Shown: one piece after another, positions 39,024 through 50,179 of the stretch
Layout: the number at the start of each line of letters is the position of its first letter
How positions within the stretch are numbered: position 1 is the stretch's first letter
Source: Eledone cirrhosa
Taxonomy: Eukaryota
NCBI GenBank assembly: GCA_964016885.1
Contig: OZ024744.1
Location: 98,332,001 to 98,396,000 of the forward strand
Direction of reading: 5' to 3'
Length of the DNA stretch: 64,000 bases
Notes under the pieces: model-generated
What the model was told of the DNA's origin: nothing
Database searches by the model: none
What the model saw: the letters and a program-made list of their open reading frames with translations, nothing else
Position numbers and translations under genes: made by a program

Positions 39024-41350
39024 TTAGGGAGAAGTGTTTAGACGGGGTCCGTATTTGTTAATAAAGTAAGATTCCTTGCTGATGCGCTGGGTGTGGGTGG
39101 CATTATCTTTAAATTTGTAGAGAGGAAAGATTCTGAAGTTGGGATGATTTTGGGCGGCACAGGTATCAATGTGTTCACTCAGTAGTATTTTCCTGTATTC
39201 CCGTATTTTAATTTGGGATCTATGGACAGTCATGCGTTGGCGGAGGCTGTTTTTGGTCTGGCCTATGTATTGTTCTCGACAACCTGAGCAAGTTAATACA
39301 TATATTAGATTTTCCGATGCACATGTGAAATTGTGTTTTACTATAAAACGTTGTCTTTCTTTGAAATAGAATTCCGAACCCTCTATTAGGTTGATGCAAA
39401 TGCCACAGTTGGGTCTATCGCATTTTTTTACTGTGGGTTTCGTTGTTGTGGTTGGCAGTACTTTGGCATGTGTTAGGATGTTTTTCATTGACTTGGATTG
39501 TCTTTTGCTCTTTATGATATCGTGTGTTCGTAGGATTTGGTTCATTCTATGGTCCTTTTTCAACACAGGGATGTTCTGGAGGATGGTGTCAAAGGCCTCA
39601 TTGTTGAGGGGTTTGTGTGTGGAGATGTATGGAAGAGCTTTTAGTTTCGGTTGATTTACTTTAGGGTGTCTAAGGTCCTGGGTACTGAGTTTTAGGGCAC
39701 GTTGGATTCCATTGTCAATTAGTGATGCAGGGTAGTCCCTACCTATGAGTGTGTCCTTTAGTTCTTGTAGCCGTAAGTAGCAGGTGTTTTTATTGGAGAC
39801 TATAGTACAGATTCTCTTGGCTAAGTTGTAGGGAATATTAATTTTAACGTGTCTAGGGTGGCAAGAGTTGAAAGGAAGATATTGCTTGGAGTCTGTGGGC
39901 TTGTAGTATATGTCTGTTTCTATTTTTTGTTATGGATCTTAATGAGGATGTCGAGGAAGGGGAGTTGTTGATGGCTGTATTCCATCGTGAAGTTAATATT
40001 CGTGTTGAGCCCATTTATAAGGGTGTGAAATTCTTTAAGTTTTTCGATGTTTTCGTGCCAAAGGATGAAGCAATCATCTAGATATCGCTTCCAGTTCCTT
40101 TCAATGTGTAAGTGGAGAGTGTTTGCAAATTTGTTTAGGACTTTAGTGTAGAGGGGGATTTCCAGGTATCCCATGACTAGGTTGGCATAAGTGGGGGCTG
40201 TTTTCGTTCCCATAGCGGTTCCAAATTTCTGCCTGTAGGGTTTGTTATTGAAAACGAAGTAATTGTTCTCCAAGATAAATGTGAGTCCCTCTATCACGAA
40301 TTCTTTTTTGGTGGGTTGTGGGAGTTCATTGTGGTAATTATCCAGCCAGAATTGGATAGCTTCTATTCCTAGGTTGTGGGGGATGTTGGAGTATAGGTTG
40401 ACTACATCGAACGTCACTAGTAGGGTTTGTTCAGAAAGTGGCATATTAGGGAGGTGATTGAGCATATCTAGGTCGTCCCTTATATAGCTTTTGATGTGTT
40501 TGAGAAAGGGCTTGAGAAGGGTATCAATGAAGTTGCTAAGGCGGTGGGTTTCGCAAGCGGGGCCTGCTATTATAGGTCTTAATTTGAGATCATTGGGTGA
40601 GGGGACATTGATGACTTTGTCTGTGGCTTCCTTGCATGCCTTACTTATTGATTCACTTTTATGTACTTTAGGGATACCGTAGAAAAGGCTGGATTTACTT
40701 GTGAAGTCTGTGATGAAGCTGAATTCCTTGTTAGTGAGTCCTTCTTTGTATTGGTTGATTAGAGTTTTTAGGTTTCTCATAATTTTCTGTTGATTGTAGT
40801 GTTCAGCCTTTTCGTAGTATGTTTCGTTTTCCAAAGTGGAGAGCGCTAAGTTGATATAGAATTCTGTCTCCATTAGGACTACTGTACTCCCTTTATTACC
40901 CTCTTTAATTGTAATGGTTCTGTCGGTTTTTAATCTATTTAATTCTTCCCATTCTTTCTTGTTGAGGTTTGGCTTGTGTTTTTGTCTGTGCAAGTGTTGG
41001 TACGGGAAGTTTGTGATGTGTTCACAGAATTCGTCCAGGATTTTATTTCTACCTTTTGAAGGGGTGTAATTGCTTCTATTTCTGGCTAATCATTCATCCT
41101 CATTGTACTGGTCGAATAGTTGTTCACTAAGTCGTAACTTTCTACAGAAGTCTGTGATGTCTTCCTTCATTTCATAGTAGTTAGGACGTAGTGGGGTCGG
41201 TGTGAATTTAAGACCTTTGGAGAGTAAGTTGATAAGGTTGGGTGTTGGTTCTGCACTAGTAAGATTGATAATTTTTATTACTATCGGTTTCTCCTCCCTG
41301 TCTTGTGTTATTTTGTTTGCCTGTATATGTGTGCTGTGTCTAAAAAATGG
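39024..41350 (-). pseudogene. PLE ORF2: RT + CxxxxCxxC linker + GIY-YIG endonuclease; one TGA (41092-41090) and one frameshift (~39925)
   Basis: LSKGLKFTPTP, IKEGNKG, FYGIPKVHK, LRPII, FDVVNLYSNI, GTAMG, RYLDD, FLD, TDIYYKPTD, LIYVLTCSGCREQYIGQT. Confidence 0.93.
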
Positions 41351-42636
41351 TTGGGGTAGAGGGGTTGTCTGCTGATGTTAAGTGGTCTCCTGTGTTTGTT
41401 ATATTCCTTGTTGTTGTAAAATGTGGTTCGGGTTGGTGGTTGTAGATTGAATGGGGTGTTCCTGTACTGCGAGTATGGGTGTGTGTTTCTATGTGCCATG
41501 TAGTATTGTGGTGTTATAAGTGGCCTACGTTGTTGGTTGTATCGTGTGGTGTGGGTTTGTTGTGTATTGTGGAAGCGAGAGTTGAGAAAATGGTAATTAC
41601 CTTGCTGTCCCCTTGAAGCGGGGAAGTTGTTACATCTATCATGGTGGTGGTATCTTTTCCCTATGTTTGACGATGAGGCATCCGCGTAGTAGTTGAGTGA
41701 ATTGGTATGGTGTCTCCTTGAAGGGGGAAAGTTGTAAATGTCATTCTGGGGGAGATGATTTCTTAGGTTTTTGTTCCTTCTTATGGTAGCGAGGTTGGGA
41801 AGTTCATCTTCGGTGTGGTGCTTCCTTCTTTGTTTGTTAGTGGCTTGGGGGTTTGAGAAGTTGTTGTGCGGTTCAGTTATGGGTTTTCCTATTTTTATGA
41901 ACGGGTTATTGGAGGTGTAATCTGTTTGAAAAGTCGATTCATAGTGTAGGAACCAAGCGGCCCTTTTTTCCCAGCGTTGAAGGGATTTCAGTTCTTCTCT
42001 GTTGCAGTCCCCTTTCCATAATTTGGAGATTTTCTCTACCTTGGGGCCTTCAGTTTTATTGTTGATTTCCAGGAGGATCTCTTCATCGATGGTTTTGATT
42101 TTTTCCTCATTTGTCTGGGCCCTCAGTTTAAGAAGTTCAATTTCTGTCTTCATTTTTTCCAATGCCATTCTTTCCCTAAGGTGTCTTTGAGGTTCGGGTT
42201 CATTTGGAATGGACTTTATTTGTAGTTTATGGGGGAGAGTTAGAGGGGTTGAGTTAAGCCATTTTTCATATATCTCCGCTTTGTTGTGATTTTGTATCAT
42301 CTTCCAGAATGAGAACTTTCTGTCTCTGAGGGATTTGTTCCATTTTGGAATTGTTCGAATTTTCATTTTGTATGAATCAATCTCACATGGTTCTTCGTTG
42401 GTTTTTCCTGGGTTGGTAGTAGTGAACATAGTTTGGATAGTATCGCAAAGGTTTTGGAGTTTGTCGCCGATTTCGGAGGGTTTGTATCCGGTGGCGGTTT
42501 CCTTATTTGTGGAGTCAAGTTTGTCGACCAGCAAAGATAGGTTGGTGTTGATTTTCTTGAGTTCCTGTAGGATCTCTTCATTTGTGTTGATGAGGGTTGT
42601 ATCCGTTTTTGTTGGCATATTCTCTTTTGTTCGCAT
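41308..42636 (-). CDS. PLE ORF1, 442 aa, coiled-coil N-half and N/H/R/Y-rich low-complexity C-half
   Basis: Uninterrupted ORF directly upstream of and overlapping ORF2; heptad-like EEILQELKKINTNLSLLVDKL and ALEKMKTEIELLKLRAQTNEEKIKTIDEEI. Confidence 0.75.
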   Translation of the reverse strand: MRTKENMPTKTDTTLINTNEEILQELKKINTNLSLLVDKLDSTNKETATGYKPSEIGDKLQNLCDTIQTMFTTTNPGKTNEEPCEIDSYKMKIRTIPKWNKSLRDRKFSFWKMIQNHNKAEIYEKWLNSTPLTLPHKLQIKSIPNEPEPQRHLRERMALEKMKTEIELLKLRAQTNEEKIKTIDEEILLEINNKTEGPKVEKISKLWKGDCNREELKSLQRWEKRAAWFLHYESTFQTDYTSNNPFIKIGKPITEPHNNFSNPQATNKQRRKHHTEDELPNLATIRRNKNLRNHLPQNDIYNFPPSRRHHTNSLNYYADASSSNIGKRYHHHDRCNNFPASRGQQGNYHFLNSRFHNTQQTHTTRYNQQRRPLITPQYYMAHRNTHPYSQYRNTPFNLQPPTRTTFYNNKEYNKHRRPLNISRQPLYPNHFLDTAHIYRQTK

Positions 42637-43360
42637 ATTCTCATTATTAGGGTATATATATATATATATATATAAGTGGCTGAAAACTCTGCGTTAATCA
42701 TTACACTAACTACTTGACAATTAATTTTTAGATATTTCTAACAATAAGTACTTCATAAGCTTTACATACGGAAAATGTTGACATTCTTATAGGTAATTTT
42801 CGTTAAAGATTACATTTAGGAAAATATTCAACAATGTAAATTTTCCTTTCACTGGCCAAGTAAATCCTTTAAATTTTGTCCTCATAAAATTCAGAATTTT
42901 AGAAATGTTAACACATTTATAGAATTTATAAAATTAATAAATATAAATAACCATCAACTTTTAAAAAACTTAAAATTTTGATTCTTCACCCTTAAAATAA
43001 CATAAATTAAATATTTTGAAACTTAATTGTTTAGCCTTTAAGGGAAAAAAAAATTTTCTGTATATATTACTCCCCTTTATCTCTCCCTCTCTTTAAATCT
43101 TCTAACAGTTGCCTCCATGGACAGTTATAATTCAAGAGACGTTTTCCTAGATAACCATAACTTGTAGTATCCCACATTTTAAAATCTCTATAGCTGTCAC
43201 ATTAAGCAACGTTTTTCTTACTCATACATCCTCTATTGAATTTATTACGTTTTCACATATTCTCATTATTAGGGTTTAAATGTTGAGTTTTCTCTTAGGT
43301 TAATCACTACCTTGATTAAATCTTAACCATTTAACATCTAAGGGTATGTCATGTATCATT

Positions 43361-43417
43361 ATATTTTGTCTGATGAGGACGTACTGTTGTACCTCTGAAA
43401 TATGTATAATAAAATTT
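43361..43417 (+). ncRNA. Hammerhead motif in the inverted 5' terminal repeat of the PLE
   Basis: CTGATGA 43370-43376, stem II ggacgtac/gtacctct, GAAA 43397-43400. Confidence 0.7.
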
Positions 43418-43558
43418 AATTGATCAAAAGAACATCTATTTTATTAATATTTGTATTTTAATATTAATAACTCTAGAAAATTATTTACTGTTGAGTGCTT
43501 CCAATCTACTGTAAAACTCATTCTTTGATGTACTCATTGAATCTTGTTTAACTCTTTA

Positions 43559-43589
<31 letters not shown>

Positions 43590-43629
43590 TATATATACAT
43601 ATGTATGTATGTATGTAGATATATATATA

Positions 43630-44763
43630 TGTAAAAGACTATAAGACGAACAGTGACCCAGTCACAGAACCACCAACACGGCCAGTCAGTGGAGCTAACA
43701 TTGCCAGCAACTACAGACTTTCCTACTTCCTCTCCCTGATCGTACGCCCTATCATCGAAATGTCCCCAAATATATGTGACAGCACGGAGGACCTCCTCAG
43801 CAGAATCAGTGAAAGTAACCTGTCTAGGAACCTAACAGATTGTATAATAGGTAGTATGGATGCTGTGTCCCTATATCCATCCATTGACGTAGATTTTGCT
43901 GTGGAGAAATGCGTGGAAATGATCAGTAAGAGCGATGTTGAATTCCGTGGGATTAATACCAGTGAGCTGGGACTCCTACTTAAACTTACATACAATAAAG
44001 AATACCTAGATACATATGACCTTAGCAACCTCTGCCCCACAAGGCCAGAAAGAGGCAGACCACCTACCATTACCTCAATGGCCAAGAAAACCGACACAAA
44101 AAGATGGAATCAGAGCCATACGGACCCCCGAAAACCATGATGAACTAAAGAAAATGATTGCACATGCTGTGGGGGGCCAGTATAAAACTAACCCTTAAGG
44201 AACATATGTTCAAATTTAATGGAAAAACATATGCCCAAGAGGAGGGAGCAGCCATTGACGTTAGCATTGCAGGCGACATAGCTAACCTATTTATGGTATG
44301 GTGGGACAAAAAACCTAAGGAACAATTAGAAGACAACAATTTCTTAACCCTGATAATGTACTCCCGCTATGTTGATGATATAAACATCGTAGTAAAAACA
44401 TCCCCACTAGAGAACAGTCAGGAATTAGAGAAAAACACCATGGAAAGCATCCAGCAAATAGCTAACTCCATCCACCAGAGTATTAGAGTTACTATAGACT
44501 ACCCAAGCAAACACCCCAACCATCGATTACCTGTACTAGACATAGAGCTCTGGTTAGAAACCATTAATAACAAAAAACAAATCCTCCATTCCCATTATGC
44601 CAAACCCATGACTTCTAAATACCTGATCCACCGAAACTCAGCTGTTTCGGATCACACTAAAATCAACATATTGATTGCGGATTTAGTAAGGGTGATGAGG
44701 AATGTGTCCCGCATGTGCAACCCCAAAGAATTAGAGAGACACATACAACACTTCCTCCATATA
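43630..44763 (+). mobile_element. Fragment of a second, divergent PLE reverse transcriptase
   Basis: GSMDAVSLYPSID, AQEEGAAI..IAGDIANLFM, YSRYVDDI, LPVLD, HYAKPMTS. Confidence 0.8.
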
Positions 44764-44765
44764 TA

Positions 44766-45643
44766 CAGGGTGTGGACGATATTTGTTCACAATTTTCAAC
44801 TGCTAATATGCAAATTTTTTTTACTTCTATTGTCACTCTTGACTTCATAAAAACAGTGACTATATTTCCATTTTTTATTTTCAGAATAATTGATTATGAA
44901 TAATTTTCAACCTCCAAATTTGTGGAAGAGACACAGAGTTCTTGGAATCCGCGCCGGGAGGACAAATAAGGAAATTTCAGACTTTCTCAGCGTCAGCAGG
45001 AGAATGGTGTCTCATCCAAAGATGCAGAGTCATGCAGACAAAGTTTCCAACGACAACATTGGTCTTTGGTGTCGTCAGCAGTCAAGGTGACGCCATGCCA
45101 CCTCACTTCTTCCCTGAGGGCCTCAAGCTGAACACTGATGGCTACATCCGCATTCTGAGCGAGGTAGTAAAGCCCAGGATTGACCAGGTAGCTGCAGGTA
45201 GGTTGTACGTATGGCAGCAAGACTCAGCGCCCTGCTATACCAGCCGAAAGACCCAAGCCTGGCTGTCAGAGAACTTCGTCGACCACACTTCACCTGACAT
45301 CTTGCTTCCCAGCTCGCCTGACTGCAACCCCCTCGACTTCTTTGTGCAGGGTGGAGTGGAATGAGACACCAACAGATCTAGCTGCAATACGAAAGACGAT
45401 CTGAAGGCCAGGATCACAAGTGCCTTTAGGGCCTAAGTCGGGGGACAGTGACGAAGGCCTGTAGCCAGTTCCGAGGTCGCCTTGAGGCTGTCATCAAAGC
45501 CAATGGCGGGTTTATCGAGTGACATCGAAAGAACAAGTCATGAAGACAAACTGACCCAAGTTTGATAAATATATCTTAAAAAATAAAACTACTGTGTTAT
45601 TTTTTCCTAGACAGTAATCTTGCGAACAAATATCGTCCGCACC

Positions 45644-45646
<3 letters not shown>
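44766..45646 (+). mobile_element. Internally deleted maT (DD37D) Tc1/mariner element
   Basis: 27-bp TIR cagggtg(t/c)ggacgatatttgttc(a/g)caa, TA TSD; QQDSAPC..SPDCNPLD with 37 residues between the two Ds. Confidence 0.88.
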
Positions 45647-45687
<41 letters not shown>

Positions 45688-45693
45688 GTATAT

Positions 45694-47930
45694 CATCATC
45701 ATCACCGTTTATGTCCATTCTTCCATGCTAGCATAGGTTAGACGAGTTGTCCTGTTGTGGGCAGTGCCAGGTCGGGTGACCTTGTGTTGCTCATACAGAA
45801 CTGATTTTGGCTTGATTTCTACAGCTAGATGCCCTTCCTAACACCAACCTCATTTACTGTGAGTGCTGGGTGCTTTTTTTCCATGACACCTTCACGACAA
45901 CTTTGCAGTGGGAGAGGTTGGGGGAATATTGTCTATATGCTTCAGCTATGGCTTGTACCCGTCGGAAGTCGGGTCTTCTGTATTACTCCGTGACGCCAGA
46001 GGTCATGGTCCTGTGTCATCGCCTTTGAGAGGTGCAATTGGGTAAGGTCTGCTTTTATCACCTCATCCCAGGTCTTCTTGGGTCTCCCCACTCCATGGCT
46101 TCCATCGTCTTCTAGTGCTCTGCACCTTTTTATGCAGCTGTCATCCTTCATACGCATCACATGTCCATACCAACGCAACCTCCTCTCCTGCACACAGTAT
46201 TTGATTCCTCTTATGCTCAGTCTCTCTCTCAATTTATTTATGCTTTGCCGTTCGCTTATATTACTATTACACATCCATCGGAACATGCAGGCTTCGTTTC
46301 TTTCTAATCTACGCAAGTCTTCTACAGACAGCGCCCAGGTCTCACTACCATGTAACATTGCTCTTTGTATACACGCATCATACAGTCTGCCTTTCATTTT
46401 GAGGGAAAAGCCTTTTGTACCAAGCAGTGGTAGTAGCTCCCTGAACTTCTTCCATCCCGTTCTTACCCTAGTTACTGTACTTTCAGAACACCCACCTCCG
46501 CTGCTAATTCAGTCATCTAGGTAGCAAAAACTGTCTACTGTTTCTACAGAGCCCTCCCAGAGTTTGGTGGTACTTGTTTCCTGTGGTCATTTGCTGCTTA
46601 CTGTTCCAATGCAGCTGCTACATGTAAAGCATACATTCTTAACTAAACTTCCTGAGATCCCACTACATCTCTTGTGTACCCATTGTTTGCATTTGGTGCA
46701 GAGGATGGAGTTCCTACCCACACCTTTCTTACATATTGAGCAAGGCCATTTCCCAGAGGGGATCTGGGTTCTGTTTTCTCATCTACTTACGAGGACCTTA
46801 GTTTTGTCAGGTTGACGTTGCGACCCTTTCTTTCTAGTCTCTGCTTCCATGTTTGGAATTTCTTCTCTAGTTCTACCATAGATTCAGCTATAAGTGCGAG
46901 GTCATCAGCATACAGGAGTTCCCATGGGCATCCGGTCTTAAACTCCTCCGTTATTGCCTGCAGGACTATGATGAACAGGAGAGGGCTAAGAACAGAGCCT
47001 TGGTGGACACTAAATTCCTCGCTATAGTCATTGTTAACGCTAACTTTGCTGACTGCTCCCCTATACATGGCTTGGACAGCTTTCACAAGACATTCATCTA
47101 CTCCTAGTTTTCTAAGAGCCCACCAGATTATAGCACGGGGCACTCTGTCAAAGGCTTTTTTCCAGATTGACAAATATCAGGTAGAGTGGCTTACTTTTAG
47201 TTAGGTATTTTTCCTGTAACTGCCTCACAAGGAAGAGAGCATCAGTGGTGCCTTTTCCTGGCACAAACTGCCTCTCATCTAGTTTTACCCAGTCCCTAAT
47301 CAACTGTGCTATAACTCTTTCCGTTACTTTCATGACCTGGTCCATCAGCTTTATACCTCTATAGTTTCCTCTATCGAGTGCATCACCTTTACCTTTGTAG
47401 CATTTGACAATGATGCTGCTGCACCAATCTTTTGGTATGACACCTTCTAGTATTACCTGGTTAACAATATGTGTGGTTATAGTGTGACCTACAGACCCAG
47501 ATGCCATCAGCATCTCGGCAGCTATACCCGATGGACCGGTTGCCTTCCTCATCTTCATATCTTTGATTGCCTTACTTACTATGCTGCTGCTAACTTGTAC
47601 TGCTGGCCCCTCTATAGGGTCCACTTGGGGTAGGGTCTCTTTCTCCCATGCATTCTCCTCATTTAGTAATCTTTCATAATGGCTCTTCTACGCATCCTTC
47701 TTCTTGGCATTTGTGTGGACAAGCTCAACTTTATCACTCCAGACACACTTCTCTCCAATGACATCACAATTTTCTCTAACACACTGCCTCGCAACCCTGA
47801 ACACCTCCTGTTTCTCGTTTTCACGCTGCAAAACATGCTTGAATTTTCTATCCTCCGCTTCCTTTCTAGCTAAGTATACTTGTCACCTAGCTTCCCTCCT
47901 GGTCTCTATGTAATGTACCCTGCTTCCCCC
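45694..47930 (-). mobile_element. 5'-truncated RTE LINE (subfamily C)
   Basis: ORFs 47148-47624, 46787-47173 (YADD), 45942-46397. Confidence 0.92.
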
Positions 47931-48295
47931 CGTTGTATTAATTTCTCCCTTTGCCTTTTGAGATATTTTCACTTGCTACAAGGGAATCAGTCCTCTTTCT
48001 TGACCAATGTATCACATGTTAATTCCTCCCTCAGCCTATAGAGATTTTCTCACGTACTACAGAAGTGTCTGGAAAACAGTCCTTTTCTCTGAGGTGTTCC
48101 TTGATAAGCTGATTGGCCTCACAATGATGATGCATTTCTATAATGTACAATTGTTGCATACGGATCAGCAAAACTCTACAGTCGGGACTTTGAAGAAAAA
48201 AATAGGTTTATATCTGTGTCTATTATTTCCTCTTATTTTATAATTTGATATATGTATATATCTGTGTGTGTGTGTGTATGTATGTATATATGAGA

Positions 48296-48585
48296 TGGTA
48301 TGCAGGAGAGAAGATGCGTTGACATGGACATGTGATGCGCATGGACAATGACCAATGGGTGAAGAAATGCCTGGAAATCCTAGTGGAAGGAAACTACAAT
48401 AGAGGATGACCAAGAGAAACTTGGGCAGAGGTTGTATGAGCAAACCTCAAATGACTAAGTCTGGAAGAGGAGATGAGAAAGGAACGCAACAAGTGGAGAG
48501 ATGCTGTGCTGAGAAAGACCCGTCCAACCCATACAAACATGGAAACACGGACGTGAAGATGATGAAGATGATGATGATGATGATG
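48296..48585 (+). mobile_element. Decayed RTE 3' fragment
   Basis: GHVMRM-like segment and (GAT)n tail. Confidence 0.7.
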
Positions 48586-48914
48586 TATGTATGTATCCAT
48601 ACATAGATACATACGTACATACACATACACATACATACATATATATACATACATACAATCATACATACATACAGTCATACATACATACATACAGTCATAC
48701 ATACATACATACAGTCATACATACATACATACATGCATGCATCCACACATAGATACATATGTACATATGTACATGATGGCTGCCCCCTTGTTATCGAGTA
48801 TGGCCATTACATGATATACCATTATTAATAATTGTTTCTACTTTAGACACAAGGCCAGCAATCACCCAGTGCATTACTGGTACTTTATTTTATTGTGCAA
48901 TGCCTGTGCGTGAA

Positions 48915-49950
48915 GATATTTTTTAAAGTGAGGAAAGACTGTGCACTGAGCCAATCCCACTCTCTGAGCGACAGTAGCTATAACCCGAAAAGAAGAAAAG
49001 ATCAACATCATTCGTAACTACTGAGCCGCAGGTTTTATGTCGGAGTTATCCCAGTTTCCTGAGTTGCCTTCTAGAAGAATGCCCTGACAAAGGCCAGGGG
49101 TCCTTCACTCCCAGTGCTTTTACTGCGCGATCGGGTGTCCAGCCAGACTATTTCTATGTCCCCGCACATATACATATGTACATGTGTATATACAAATTTA
49201 CACACTTTTGGATGGCCGTTGACTCTTCTGTGTTCTTCCGCCCTTTGTCAGGTTTTGGTTTTTTTGTCCTGCAGGGTATCCAAAATCACCTTCCTCACCA
49301 AGTAAAATTGGTGGGGTTGCCGGTTTAGTCGCCAACGACCCGACCATGTGGCAGGTTGTACTGGGTTTGGGTTAGATGTTACCAGTAGCACTCAAGAGTG
49401 ACCCAACATGTGTACATACATACATACATGATGGCTGAAAACTCTGTTAAGAGTAATCCAATAACTTGTCAGATTGTAGAGTTTGGTGCACTTTTAGGCT
49501 ACGGCTAGACACACGAACCAGTAACATAACCTGAACAAGCAATCCCTGTGCTTTGAAGGTTTTTTAAGTGAGGAAAGACCTTGCACTCAACCAATCCCAC
49601 TCTCTGAGCATCGAAAACACTACCGGAAAAGGAGAACTGATCAACATCATCGGATGCTTCTGAAGCTGCAGGTTTTTTTTCAGAATTTCCCTCTCCTAGA
49701 AATGTGTTGTGACAACAACTGGGGGCCTTTCACTCCCAGATGGGGGAAAAAAAGTACTATTTGGATGGCCATTGACTCTGCTGAGTTCCTCCGCCCTTTG
49801 CCAGGTTTTGTATTTCATCCAGCAGGGTGTCCAAATACCACCCTCCTCACCAAGCTAGCTTGGTGGGGTTGCCGGTTTAGTCGCCGACGACCCGACAATG
49901 AGACAGGTTGTACAGGGTTACATGTTACCAGTAGCACTCAAGAGCAATCT
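48915..49950. repeat. Two diverged copies of an unclassified ~400-450 bp repeat (partial third copy 53365-53550)
   Basis: Shared 'aagtgaggaaagac..ccaatcccactctctgag' and 'ggggttgccggtttagtcgcc..gacccgac'. Confidence 0.7.
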
Positions 49951-50179
49951 GACTTACATGCATGCATGCATTCATACATACATACTTGTCCTGAGTATGA
50001 CATTAAACTACATCCAGTGGCAAGGCCCCAGTTCGGGAGTTCAGGAGCTGTGGGGAATGTGGAGTTACCCCTTAGTTGTCATAATTCCCAGGTCTGCTCT
50101 GGCCCGGAGTAATAGTACCTGTTAGGGCCCCATTTATGGGTTAAATAATTACCTTATTCGAGTGGCGCCGGTAAGGTAT

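Noticed and set aside
39920-39930. Second programmed frameshift at the A-run inside RT
   Set aside because: It lies within the conserved thumb region; a 1-nt homopolymer loss (decay or sequencing error) is simpler
41090-41092. In-frame TGA in PLE ORF2 as selenocysteine (as in Naiad PLEs)
   Set aside because: The context (EDE*LARNRS) fits a TCA-to-TGA mutation rather than a Cys site; all Zn-finger Cys are normal codons; no convincing SECIS seen after 39024
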